Counted from the first letter of the stretch, positions 1 to 9,871 are shown. The stretch is DNA of 28,193 nt from Promethearchaeota archaeon (GCA_019058365.1 JAHPZE010000042.1:1-28193); one strand, 5' to 3'. The notes: generated by a model from the sequence alone, not told the origin. Numbers and translations are program-made.

Positions 1-237
1 TATAAAAAGTCAATGTTCAATAGGATTTAGAGATCTACTTCCTTTGGTACTGTTCTATTATTCTTTAAAAAAGAATTAGGAAAATTAGCAATTATAAAAT
101 TAATATAATATTTATAAAGATGTCAATTTAATAAAAAATAAAGAATAATTTTTAAGAAATTTTTAATTTATAATTTAAAACCAAAATTTTTGAATTATCA
201 GTGTATATTTAATTTTTAAAAATGAGGTTGTTCTAAG

Positions 238-1125
238 ATGGCAGGAACTGAAATTATAGAGGTATTAGTTTATGGTACAGTGCAAGGTGGTATTTTTGCA
301 TTACTTGCTATGGGTTTTTCATTAGTTTTTGGAGTAGGAGGTATTTTAAACCAAGCTCATGGAGCTTTTTATGCATTAACAGGTTATTTTATATATTGGA
401 TTCATGATCCTATCTCTCTGTTTGCGGGACCTTCTTCTCCAAAATTTTATTGGGCTATGATTTTTGCATTAGCCGCAGTTACAGTTATTGGAGGGCTGTC
501 ATATTTAGGACTTATTAAACCAGTTCAAGATCATGAGATAAATGTCGTAATTATAACTTTTGCATTAGCTTTCTTCTTTGAACAGGCAGTCAAAATGATC
601 TTTGGTGATATCGGTCATAAAATTCCCTCTGTTTCTGGAAATGAGGAATTTTTAGGCATAGTTATCCCTGCTCAACACATTATTGCTTTAATAGGTTCAT
701 TGATTGTGATTGCTTCAGTTATTTTATTTATGAATAAAGTTAAGATTGGAAATCAGATTCGTGCTGTTGCTCAAGATAAAGAAGCGGCTCAACTGATGGG
801 TATAAATACTAACAGAATGCTTATGTATACTATTATGTTATCAGCATTTCTTGCCGGTATCGCAGGTCTCTTATATATCCCCACAGGGGACTTAGCGCCT
901 CATATGGGGTGGACTGTATTAACAAGGTCATTCGCTATTGTTGTTTTAGGGGGATTAGGTAGTATTCCCGGCAGTGTAATTGGTTCATTTATTCTTGGGT
1001 ATGCTGGTAATTTCGTAGGAACTTTTATTGGTCAAAATTGGGCTGGTCTTGTTCCAACAGTATTAATAGTTGTGATGCTTATAGTACGACCTCGTGGATT
1101 ATTTGGAAAGAAAGAAGTAAGATAA
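238..1125 (+). CDS. livH: Branched-chain amino acid (HAAT)-type ABC transporter permease, LivH-like
   Basis: Hydrophobic 295 aa. Motifs ALLAMGFSLVFG..ILNQAHG, G..IRAVAQDKEAAQLMGIN and VVLGGLGSIPG. GAGGT RBS-like site just upstream. Confidence 0.93.
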   Translation: MAGTEIIEVLVYGTVQGGIFALLAMGFSLVFGVGGILNQAHGAFYALTGYFIYWIHDPISLFAGPSSPKFYWAMIFALAAVTVIGGLSYLGLIKPVQDHEINVVIITFALAFFFEQAVKMIFGDIGHKIPSVSGNEEFLGIVIPAQHIIALIGSLIVIASVILFMNKVKIGNQIRAVAQDKEAAQLMGINTNRMLMYTIMLSAFLAGIAGLLYIPTGDLAPHMGWTVLTRSFAIVVLGGLGSIPGSVIGSFILGYAGNFVGTFIGQNWAGLVPTVLIVVMLIVRPRGLFGKKEVR

Positions 1126-1167
1126 TTTTAAAGAAAAATAATGAATAAAAAGAGGAAGATCTAAAAA

Positions 1168-2229
1168 ATGGTGAAATCACACATCGTAAAAAAAAGTATT
1201 GATGATTTTTTGAAAAGAATACCAAAAAAGATCAAACTTGGTGTTAAGAGTTTACCAACAGCACTAAATGGTTTTATGGGTAAGCTCCGTACATTCAAAG
1301 GATATTTAACTTTAAGCTGCCTAATAATACTTTGTTTGATACCAATATTCACGAATAATCCATTTTATTTAGGAATTTTTATGATGGCATGTATATATTC
1401 GATTTATGCTGCAAGTTGGGATTTTATGACTGGTTATACAGGTTTAGTTAGCTTTGGGCACGCTATTTTTCTTGGATTAGCAGGTTATGGTACATCTGCA
1501 GGGCTTGTTTTTTTAGGTTTTAATTGGTTCATTTCTCTCCTTTTTGGAAGCGTCATATCAGTAGTAATAGGTGTACTCATAGCAATTCCCTCCCTTCGAT
1601 TAAAAGGACCTTATTTAGCGTTAACACTCTTGTCTATAAGTATGATTTTATGGGCATTATTTTTGATGGGCGAGCTATCTCCTTGGCTTCGGGGTTCACA
1701 AGGAATTTCACAAGTTCCTCTCTTATCACCAGACCCAGTTATAGAATATATTGCTACCTTCATTATTATGGTTTTATCATTGGGTATAATGAAAATGCTT
1801 GGTAGTGCAAAATTCGGAAAAATATTAAATTCAATCCGTGACGATGATACAGGTGCAGAAGCTTCAGGAATTAATATTTCGAAATACAAGATTCTTGCTT
1901 TTTCGATAAGTGCCTTTTTTGCAGGTATTGCGGGTGGGCTTTTTGCTATGCATAACCGTGGTGTAGATCCCGGACGATTTCAACCTCTTTATTCTTTTTA
2001 TCCAATAATTATGGTAGCTGTTGGAGGTCTCGCGACAATTTCAGGAGGAGCGTTAGGAGCTTTTATATTTGTTTTTTTAAATGAGATTCTCATAGAACTT
2101 GCTCCCTGGGCACCATTATTCGTATTTTCTATTATTTTAATACTCATTATTCGGTTCTCAGAGAGAGGGATTATGAACCCTGCCATAGAACATCTTAAAG
2201 ACTTATGGGATTTGTTATTAGGAAAATAA
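1168..2229 (+). CDS. livM: HAAT-type ABC transporter permease, LivM-like
   Basis: Motifs WDFMTGYTGLVSFGHA, LRLKGPYLALTL, IRDDDTGAEASGIN..YKILAF and VAVGGLAT..G. Confidence 0.93.
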   Translation: MVKSHIVKKSIDDFLKRIPKKIKLGVKSLPTALNGFMGKLRTFKGYLTLSCLIILCLIPIFTNNPFYLGIFMMACIYSIYAASWDFMTGYTGLVSFGHAIFLGLAGYGTSAGLVFLGFNWFISLLFGSVISVVIGVLIAIPSLRLKGPYLALTLLSISMILWALFLMGELSPWLRGSQGISQVPLLSPDPVIEYIATFIIMVLSLGIMKMLGSAKFGKILNSIRDDDTGAEASGINISKYKILAFSISAFFAGIAGGLFAMHNRGVDPGRFQPLYSFYPIIMVAVGGLATISGGALGAFIFVFLNEILIELAPWAPLFVFSIILILIIRFSERGIMNPAIEHLKDLWDLLLGK

Positions 2230-2276
2230 ATCAATTATGATATAAAAATTTCGAAAAACTGTGAGTAAGAAAGAAA

Positions 2277-3017
2277 ATGGGAGTTTTATTAGAAGTAAAA
2301 AATTTAACAAAAAAGTTTGGAGGTTTAACCGCTGTTAATGATTTTAGTTTTGAAATCAAGCGAGGTGAATTTGTCGGTTTAATTGGTCCAAATGGAGCCG
2401 GTAAAACCACAGTGTTCAATTTAATATCAGGATTCGAGAGACCAAGCGCTGGTACAATCAGATTTGATGGAATGGATATTGTAGGGTTAAAACCTTTCAG
2501 AATTGTTAATTTAGGTATTGCTCGAACATTCCAGCTTGTAAGATCATTTAAGTATCTTAATCTTTTGGAAAATGTTACAATTTCATGTCTTTCCCAAAGA
2601 GGAAAAACTGCTTCACAAGATATTGGAACAGATGAATATGCTAGCGAAATTTTATCAGATGTTGGCCTTGTAGATAAGGCTAGAATTCCACCTATTATTT
2701 TACCACATGGAGATTTGAGAAAATTGCAGATTGGTAAAGCACTCGGTACTAATCCACAATTACTTCTTCTTGATGAACCTTTCAGTGGGCTTTCTTTTGA
2801 AGAACAGTTGGTAATTACGGATTTAATTAAACACTTACACGATGATGGAGTAACAATATTCATAACAGGACATGTATTACGAGAATTGATGAGTTTAGTA
2901 CCAAGGGTAATTGCAATGCATCAAGGAAAGTTTATTGCCGACGGATCTCCTCAAGAAGTTTCTAATAATAAAATTGTGCTTGAAGCATATCTAGGAAGAG
3001 GTGGAGAATTTGCTTGA
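2277..3017 (+). CDS. livG: HAAT ABC transporter ATP-binding protein, LivG-like
   Basis: K.FGGLTAV, Walker A GPNGAGKTT, GIARTFQ, Walker B LLLDEP. The signature motif is divergent (LPHGDLRKL). Confidence 0.92.
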   Translation: MGVLLEVKNLTKKFGGLTAVNDFSFEIKRGEFVGLIGPNGAGKTTVFNLISGFERPSAGTIRFDGMDIVGLKPFRIVNLGIARTFQLVRSFKYLNLLENVTISCLSQRGKTASQDIGTDEYASEILSDVGLVDKARIPPIILPHGDLRKLQIGKALGTNPQLLLLDEPFSGLSFEEQLVITDLIKHLHDDGVTIFITGHVLRELMSLVPRVIAMHQGKFIADGSPQEVSNNKIVLEAYLGRGGEFA

Positions 3018-3714
3018 ATTAAGTAAAGTTTATCATTATTATGGTCAGGCAAGAGCCCTCGAAGAGATTAACTTAACTATCGAGGAAGGATCTTTGGTAG
3101 CTGTTATTGGACCTAACGGTGCTGGGAAATCAACACTCCTCAGAGTAATATCCGGTTTAGAAGAACCAGACAGAGGAAAAATAACTTTTCTAGGTAAAAG
3201 AATAGATGGATTAAAAGCACATAAGATCGCTAAAATGGGAATATCTCATTGTCCAGAACGTCGTAGATTATTTTATGATATGACGGTTTTTGAAAATCTT
3301 AAGTTAGGAGGGAAGGTACTAAAAAGTCGAGAAGTATTTAAGAAACAACTTGATTTTGTATATGAATTATTCCCACGTTTAAAAGAAAGAAAAAAACAGC
3401 GATCAGGGACCCTTAGCGGGGGAGAGCAGCAGATGCTTGCTCTTGGTCGTGCTATTATGCCTAATCCAAAGCTGTTATTATTAGATGAACCCTCCTTAGG
3501 TTTAGCCCCTAAAATAAAAACAAAAATATTTGATGCTATTCGATTGATAAAAAATGAAGGTACCACTACATTATTAGTTGAACAAGATGCTGTTTTAGCT
3601 ATGAATGCTGCTGAATATATACATGTTCTTGAAGAAGGAAAAATTGAAATGAGGGGTACTAAAGAAGAGTTAGAAAAAGAACCTCGAGTAAAAAAGGTTT
3701 ATTTAGGAATATAA
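3001..3714 (+). CDS. livF: HAAT ABC transporter ATP-binding protein, LivF-like
   Basis: GPNGAGKST, LFPRLKER..Q..GTLSGGEQQMLA, LLLDEPSLGLAP, LLVEQ. The GTG start overlaps the end of livG, so the exact start is uncertain. Confidence 0.93.
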   Translation: MENLLELSKVYHYYGQARALEEINLTIEEGSLVAVIGPNGAGKSTLLRVISGLEEPDRGKITFLGKRIDGLKAHKIAKMGISHCPERRRLFYDMTVFENLKLGGKVLKSREVFKKQLDFVYELFPRLKERKKQRSGTLSGGEQQMLALGRAIMPNPKLLLLDEPSLGLAPKIKTKIFDAIRLIKNEGTTTLLVEQDAVLAMNAAEYIHVLEEGKIEMRGTKEELEKEPRVKKVYLGI

Positions 3715-3725
3715 GGTGATAAAAA

Positions 3726-5066
3726 ATGTCAGCACCATTAGATGTATTATTAAGAGATGCACGAATAGATTTGATCTTATCAAGAATAGAAAAAGATCCA
3801 TCTGTAATTGATGATGTAATTAAATATATAGATAGCGAAATCCGATCTATTCGATTCAATTCAATACTCATATTAGGTGAGTTAGGACAAAAAGCATCTT
3901 CAGCTCTCTCCGTAATAACAGAATGTTTGGAAGATGAAGATTGGAGTATATGCCGTGAGGCTGTTCGGTCTTTGGGAAAAATGGGGAATTTAGCTGAGAA
4001 TGCTTCTTCCAAATTATCAAAGTTAATTGGAAATGAAGAAGATTCAATTCGAAGAGAAATAGCAATAACATTGGGAAAAATTGGTATTGCTAGTGATGAG
4101 ACACTTTCTGCCTTAAAAACTGCTTTAAAAGATAAGAATGAAGAGGTTCGAATAGAAGCAGCTAAAGCGCTTGGAAATATAGGTCCCAGTGCTCATACAA
4201 TTATTCATGATCTGATGCTTAGTCTTAAAGATAAAAGTTGGTCTGTCAGAACGGCGACGGCACAAGCTATTAGTAAGATCGGGGAGGGAACTATAAAAGC
4301 AATACCTACTTTAATAAACTCATTAGATGATAATGATTGGAGAGTAAGGTATAGAGTCGTGAATACATTAACTAAAATGGGAAAGGAAGCAGTTCCAAAT
4401 CTTTTGAAAGTTCTTAAACATAAGAATCCTATTGCTAGAAAGGAAGCAGTTGAAGCTTTGGGAGGAATGCAACTTAATGATCCAACTATAATTGACAGTT
4501 TATCAGAAATGTTAAGTGATAATGTTGAATATGTACGTGGAAAAGCAGCTGATGCCCTCCGAAGTATTGGTAAGGATGCAATTCCAGCATTAATCAAAGC
4601 ATATGAGAATGTTAAAACTGAAATGAAAATTGTAATAATTTCTACTATTGGTGGGATTGGAATTGAAGCTGAAGAAGCAATTCCGTTTATAATTGAGGTT
4701 CAAAATCATAAAAATAAATTAATTCGCATAGAAGCTTCAAGAACTTTGGGTAATATTGGGAGAACTTCAGAGGAAGCGGTTAATGCGCTTATACAAGCGT
4801 TAAATGACCCAAAACACATCGTTCGGAGAGTGACTGCCATTGCTTTAGGGAAAATTGGACCTATTGCGAATAAAGCAGTTCCTGCATTAATCAATGTATT
4901 AAATGATAAGAATCCGGATGTTAGATGGAGAGCATCTGAGTCACTTGGAATTATTGGTGTAAATACCGAAGAGGTTATTTCAAGTTTGAACGAGTTGATC
5001 CATGATGAATGTGATTATGTATGCGAATCTGCTATTAATGCTCTTGATAATTTAACGGAAGAATAA
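3726..5066 (+). CDS. PBS-lyase-type HEAT-repeat protein
   Basis: About a dozen repeats of the pattern L.D....VR..AA.ALG.IG (e.g. LKDKNEEVRIEAAKALGNIG, LNDKNPDVRWRASESLGIIG). AGGTGA RBS overlaps the livF stop. Confidence 0.9.
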   Translation: MSAPLDVLLRDARIDLILSRIEKDPSVIDDVIKYIDSEIRSIRFNSILILGELGQKASSALSVITECLEDEDWSICREAVRSLGKMGNLAENASSKLSKLIGNEEDSIRREIAITLGKIGIASDETLSALKTALKDKNEEVRIEAAKALGNIGPSAHTIIHDLMLSLKDKSWSVRTATAQAISKIGEGTIKAIPTLINSLDDNDWRVRYRVVNTLTKMGKEAVPNLLKVLKHKNPIARKEAVEALGGMQLNDPTIIDSLSEMLSDNVEYVRGKAADALRSIGKDAIPALIKAYENVKTEMKIVIISTIGGIGIEAEEAIPFIIEVQNHKNKLIRIEASRTLGNIGRTSEEAVNALIQALNDPKHIVRRVTAIALGKIGPIANKAVPALINVLNDKNPDVRWRASESLGIIGVNTEEVISSLNELIHDECDYVCESAINALDNLTEE

Positions 5067-5152
5067 TTTTAATATGATTAACCTTTTCTTATTATAATAC
5101 AAACTTATCTAAAAATAAATCTAAAATTAAATATTTGAGGTTGTTGTATAGA

Positions 5153-6838
5153 ATGAGTGAAAATCCATATGTTGAAAAACCTTGGTTAAAACATTATGAC
5201 AAAGGTATTCCTGCCGAGATTGATTATCCTGAAATAAATATTAAAGAATTTCTCGATAATGCCGCAAAAGAATTTGGATCTAGAACTGCAATTTGGTACT
5301 TGAAAAATAAAATATCGTATAAAAAATTCAAGGAAATTGCCGATAGACTTGCTACAGCTCTTGTAGATTTAGGTGTTAAAAAAGGAGATGTTGTCGCTAT
5401 CATGCTTCCCAATTTCCCCCAATTTATGTTTGCATTCTACGGAATTTTAAAAGCAGGCGGAATTGTAACGGCATGTAGCGTGCTTCACACCGAACATGAA
5501 TTATCATATCAGTTGAATGATTCTGGTGCTGAAATAATAATAGCCTGGGATAATCAAATTGAAAAAATAATGAATGTTAAGGATAGAACACGTCTTAGAC
5601 ATATCATTATTACAAATGTATTTGATTATGGCCCAATGGCTCCGACTTCTCCCCCTGAAATCGCAGGAACAATACAATTCCTAAATTTAATCAAAAAAAC
5701 AAAACCAAATCCTCCAACTTTTGAAACTAACGCAAAAGAAGATATTGCTATTCTCCAATATACAGGAGGTACAACGGGCTTACCTAAGGGAGCCATGTTG
5801 ACTCATTATAATATTGTAGCAAATTGTGTTCAGGTATCCACTTGGGTACAAAGTGCTATACATCGAGGAAAAGACACAGCACTTACAACTTTACCTCTAT
5901 TCCATATTTATGGAATGACAATTTGTATGAATACTTATATTTATAATGGTACAACAATCGCTTTACATCCTGATCCTCGAGATCAAAAAGGGTTATTTGA
6001 GGTAATTAAAGCAACTCATCCAAGCATGTTTCCTGGTGTACCAACGATGTATATGCGCCTGCTAGAAAGAGATGATCTTGAAGATTATGCTAAGGATCTT
6101 AGATCAATTAAAATCTGTAATACTGGAGCTGCTCCTATGCCTCCTGAAGTCTTAAAAGAATTTGAAGAAAGAACTGGAGCAGTTATAGTTGAGGGTTATG
6201 GAATGACTGAAACATCTCCGGCAACTCATGTTAATCCGGTAATGGGAACAAGAAAGATTGGTTCTGTAGGACTTGCATTACCAGATACTGAAATAAAACT
6301 CGTTGATATTGATGATTACACTAAGATTGTACCAATGGGAGAATCAGGTGAGATCATGATTAAAGGACCTCAAGTTATGAAAGGATATTGGAATAAACCA
6401 GAGGAAACTGCAAACCAATTGAAAGATGGCTGGTTATTAACTGGTGATATTGCAAAACTAGATGAGGATGGATATTTGTTTATAGTAGATAGAAAGAAAG
6501 ACATGATAAATATCAGCGGATTCAAAGTCTATCCAAGAGAAGTTGAAGATGTTCTATTTGAGCATGAAGCAGTTGAAAATGCTTCTGTTATTGGAATTCC
6601 AGATCCAAATTCTCCTGGGGGTGAAATAGTTAAGTCATTTATAGTTCTAAAGGTTGGATACAAAGAAACTGATGAAATGAAAAATGAGATAAAAGAGTTC
6701 CTAAGACAAAATGTAGCACCATATAAAGTTCCAAAACTTATTGAATTTAGGAAAGAATTACCTGAAACTCTTGTTGGAAAAGTGCTTAGAAAAGAACTGA
6801 AAGAGATTGAAGCTAGAAAACGGGGAGAAGAAGTATAA
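5153..6838 (+). CDS. fadD: Long-chain acyl-CoA synthetase (ANL superfamily), copy 1
   Basis: QYTGGTTGLPKG, EGYGMTETSP, WLLTGD, DRKKDMI and the A10 motif LPETLVGK. ATG 5153 preferred over TTG 5135 because a GAGGT RBS lies between them. Confidence 0.92.
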   Translation: MSENPYVEKPWLKHYDKGIPAEIDYPEINIKEFLDNAAKEFGSRTAIWYLKNKISYKKFKEIADRLATALVDLGVKKGDVVAIMLPNFPQFMFAFYGILKAGGIVTACSVLHTEHELSYQLNDSGAEIIIAWDNQIEKIMNVKDRTRLRHIIITNVFDYGPMAPTSPPEIAGTIQFLNLIKKTKPNPPTFETNAKEDIAILQYTGGTTGLPKGAMLTHYNIVANCVQVSTWVQSAIHRGKDTALTTLPLFHIYGMTICMNTYIYNGTTIALHPDPRDQKGLFEVIKATHPSMFPGVPTMYMRLLERDDLEDYAKDLRSIKICNTGAAPMPPEVLKEFEERTGAVIVEGYGMTETSPATHVNPVMGTRKIGSVGLALPDTEIKLVDIDDYTKIVPMGESGEIMIKGPQVMKGYWNKPEETANQLKDGWLLTGDIAKLDEDGYLFIVDRKKDMINISGFKVYPREVEDVLFEHEAVENASVIGIPDPNSPGGEIVKSFIVLKVGYKETDEMKNEIKEFLRQNVAPYKVPKLIEFRKELPETLVGKVLRKELKEIEARKRGEEV

Positions 6839-6863
6839 AACAATTTTGAGATAAATTTTTAAT

Positions 6864-7028
6864 CTATTTTTGAGAAATATTTGTTTCTTTCCATTTTTTT
6901 ATAAAATCTTTAAAATTGTAATCAGAAATTCCAAGGGAATTAATATCTTTTTCTTTCAAATTCTTTTCTTCTTCAGATTTCTTTTTGAATGATAATTCCC
7001 AATCGTAATAGGAAATTGCTTTTGACAT
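6864..7028 (-). CDS. Hypothetical 54-aa charged small protein (not in ORF track)
   Basis: Hand translation MSKAISYYDWELSFKKKSEEEKNLKEKDINSLGISDYNFKDFIKKWKETNISQK*. It fills an otherwise empty gap. No motif recognised. Confidence 0.5.
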   Translation of the reverse strand: MSKAISYYDWELSFKKKSEEEKNLKEKDINSLGISDYNFKDFIKKWKETNISQK

Positions 7029-7265
7029 ACTATTATACTCAAATTTTATACAAATAAACCGATACGGTGTATCAGTTTTCTAATAATTATCAAAATAATA
7101 CAAATTTGTCTATTTAGATTTTGGCTTTATATTCTATAATACGTTCCAAAAGCACAAAAAATCTAGTCTTGCAAAGATATTTAAGGCACAATTTTAACGT
7201 ACTCTATAATAAAGAGTTATCCGACAAAAATGCTATATATTCTATTGTTATAGAATTTTTGACAA

Positions 7266-8282
7266 TCAATTTTCAATAATAGAATATATCCTTCTAGGGC
7301 GTCCCGCTTTTTCTTCTTTTAAAATTGTTTCTTCAATTAAACCTTCATTGATTAAAAAATTCAAGATTTCTCGCAATTTAGCACCACCCATTTTAGACTT
7401 GCTACTAAGATCTCTAGTCTTTATCGTTTTAGTCACTTTTATTGTATTCAATATTTTTTTAATTGGTTCAGGAAATTCGATTTCGATCCTCTTAAGTATT
7501 GTTAATACTTCTAAGTAATTTTTAGCTTGTTTTGCATAAGGACCTTGAAAGCCGTTAATATGAAAACATTCATCTTCTTTAAAGATTATTGAGTTTAAAT
7601 AATTCTCATCTAACAAAATATTACCCATATTTACAATTTCATCATTATACTTAATTACTTGACATGTTTTCTGTTCTGTTTGAATTATTTCGATTTTTAT
7701 TTTTCTTAAAAGATCGGTAATAATTTCAAGATAATTTGAAATTGTTTCAAAATCAAAAAATGAAAAATAGAGCTTAATTTGAATCCCTCTTCTGTAAGCC
7801 TCATATAGACTTGGTTCTAATCTTTTTATTAAAGAAGGAGGCAATGCAGTCATAATTATTTCCCTTTGGGTCGTTTCAAATAAGCTATAAAAATTTTCAT
7901 AGGCAAGATTTGCATCAGAATAATGGTAAAAGCTAATATCCTTTAAACATTTCCCAGATTTACTCTCTTGAGCTTTAATTTCTTCATCGATTTTATCTAT
8001 ATTTCTTTTAAAATTAGTGAGTTTTACATTCAATAATTTATTTAAAGCTATTTTTGGGTTAACTCTTATAAATATTTTCGGTTTTGAGTTTTCTGAAGAT
8101 TCTATTATGTTTTTTTCCTCTAGATATAGGAGGTTATGATATACCTGAGTGTAAGAATAATTCAATTCTGTTTTAATGTCGTTTATAGTACCAAATTTAT
8201 TTAACAAGAGATATTTGTAAATATCTATTTGAATATCAGAAAAACCAATCTCTTTTAAAAAAGAAAGAATTTGCAGATTCAT
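7266..8282 (-). CDS. TrmB-family transcription regulator with a second, C-terminal winged HTH
   Basis: N-terminal LKEIGFSDIQIDIYKYLL...YTQVYHNLLYLEEKNII..SKPKIF. Middle domain LYEAYRRGIQIKL. C-terminal wHTH TRDLSSKSKMGGAKLREILNFLINEGLIEE..GRPRRIY. Confidence 0.8.
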   Translation of the reverse strand: MNLQILSFLKEIGFSDIQIDIYKYLLLNKFGTINDIKTELNYSYTQVYHNLLYLEEKNIIESSENSKPKIFIRVNPKIALNKLLNVKLTNFKRNIDKIDEEIKAQESKSGKCLKDISFYHYSDANLAYENFYSLFETTQREIIMTALPPSLIKRLEPSLYEAYRRGIQIKLYFSFFDFETISNYLEIITDLLRKIKIEIIQTEQKTCQVIKYNDEIVNMGNILLDENYLNSIIFKEDECFHINGFQGPYAKQAKNYLEVLTILKRIEIEFPEPIKKILNTIKVTKTIKTRDLSSKSKMGGAKLREILNFLINEGLIEETILKEEKAGRPRRIYSIIEN

Positions 8283-8326
8283 GATATTAAAAATAAAAAT
8301 ATACTCAATTTCTTACTAGAGTAATA

Positions 8327-8378
8327 TGTGACAGAATTTAAATATTTTTTGTAACATAAGAAGTTTTTTATTGTCACA
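8327..8378. promoter_or_regulatory. Three phased TGTNACA palindromes in the divergent TrmB/microprotein intergenic region (candidate operator)
   Basis: TGTGACA 8327-8333, TGTAACA 8350-8356 and TGTCACA 8372-8378, with starts 23 and 22 bp apart. A TTACT-AG-AGTAA inverted repeat lies just before them. Confidence 0.55.
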
Positions 8379-8434
8379 AATCATATTTTATCTTAATACT
8401 TAAAAAAAAAAAGAAATTTTATTGTGATTAACAA

Positions 8435-8566
8435 ATGGCTCAATGTAAAGATTGTAAATTTTATAAACCTATTGACGACTCGAAGGGAGATTGTTTTGGA
8501 CATGAGGTTCCAGCCACACTAGATACTGCAAATTGTCCTGCTAATTCTTTTCAACCTAGAGAATAA
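8435..8566 (+). CDS. 43-aa four-cysteine microprotein, HpdC/BssC-like putative Fe-S or metal-binding (not in ORF track)
   Basis: MAQCKDCKFYKPIDDSKGDCFGHEVPATLDTANCPANSFQPRE*, pattern CxxC-x12-C-x13-C. GTGA RBS-like site upstream. Confidence 0.8.
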   Translation: MAQCKDCKFYKPIDDSKGDCFGHEVPATLDTANCPANSFQPRE

Positions 8567-8595
8567 TATTTAATGATATATACCAGGTGATATTA

Positions 8596-9219
8596 ATGCC
8601 CACAAAAGTTGATTTTAAAAAAACAATGAAAAATTTTTATTTTCCAAGTGCGAAAGAAGTAGTAATGGTTGAGGTTCCCGAAATGCAATTCTTAATGATT
8701 GATGGAATGGGATCTCCAGGAGATTCTCAAGAATATTTGGAAGCTCTTGGTGCCTTATATCCTATTGCGTTTAAAACTAAATTTTTAAGTAAAGCAAAGG
8801 GTAAAGATTATGTTGTTCCTCCATTAGAAGGGCTCTGGTGGGCTGATAACATGGAAGATTTCACAAAAGGAAATAGAGACAAATGGAAATGGACGATGAT
8901 GATAATGCAACCTGATTGGATAACTCATGAAATGATAAATAAAGCAATCGAAAGCACAATAGAAAAAAAACCAGAACTTAAAAATTTAATTTCAAAACTG
9001 CGTTTTGAAAAATATTATGAGGGAAAAGCAGCACAGATAATGCATCTAGGTCCATTTTCTGAAGAAGGACCAACTGTTAAAAAGATCCATATTTTTATTG
9101 AAGAGAAAGGAGGGTCATTTAATGGGTATATCCAAAAACATCATGAAATTTATCTTAGTGATCCGCGAAAATCAAAGCCAGAAAATATGAAAACTATAAT
9201 AAGACAATCCTTTAAATAA
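8596..9219 (+). CDS. GyrI-like small-molecule-binding domain protein
   Basis: FLMIDGMGSP, DYVVPPLEGLWW, WKWTMMIMQP, QIMHLGPFSEE, HHEIYLSDPRK. ATG 8596 follows an AGGTGA RBS (the track's GTG at 8587 is part of that RBS). Confidence 0.88.
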   Translation: MPTKVDFKKTMKNFYFPSAKEVVMVEVPEMQFLMIDGMGSPGDSQEYLEALGALYPIAFKTKFLSKAKGKDYVVPPLEGLWWADNMEDFTKGNRDKWKWTMMIMQPDWITHEMINKAIESTIEKKPELKNLISKLRFEKYYEGKAAQIMHLGPFSEEGPTVKKIHIFIEEKGGSFNGYIQKHHEIYLSDPRKSKPENMKTIIRQSFK

Positions 9220-9319
9220 TCTTTTTCTTCATCTTATTATTTTTTTATAGACTACATCATAATCTTTAAATTTTAAGTCTTAAGTAATTATAATTAATAA
9301 CAATTTTAGGATTAAGAAA

Positions 9320-9871
9320 ATGAGTAATGCTGAACGTCAATAAAGTATAAATGTAAGAGATTGGATTACTCTCAGTACAGTTATGATTGGAGCAGTATTA
9401 ACAATTCTAGCATTAATTTGGCAACAACCACCCCCTACAACTCATGGTATAGTTACAAGTACATTTCTATTAATGATATCATTCATTTTTTTTGTAAATT
9501 CAGTATCAACCAATTCAAAAGCTCAATTTGAAGCTCATCAAGAAAAGGTATCTGAGGACCGAATTCAAAGATTTATTGTTTTTGCAGAATATTCATTTGG
9601 ATTAGGATTTACTTTAGTTATTACAGGTTTTACAATTCTTGGTTATGGATATCTGTTAGATTATGTTGGGCGCGAATTAATTACATTGTTACTCCCAATT
9701 ACTTTTTTAATAACTACATGGGTAATAATTTTCATATATAACATTATTAACTATATGGGTAAACCACTAGGAGCACTCAGAAGTCTAAAACGTAATCTCT
9801 GGATATTTTTAGAATTGATCTGCTTAATAATAATAATCTCTGACTTCTTTGAGATACTCTTAATTCCCTAA
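9320..9871 (+). pseudogene. Multi-pass membrane protein with an in-frame TAA near the N-terminus (pseudogene or sequencing error; the intact part is 9383-9871)
   Basis: ATG 9320 reads MSNAERQ*SINVRDWITLSTV, in frame into the 9383 ORF, with TAA at 9341-9343. About five hydrophobic helices. Confidence 0.55.
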
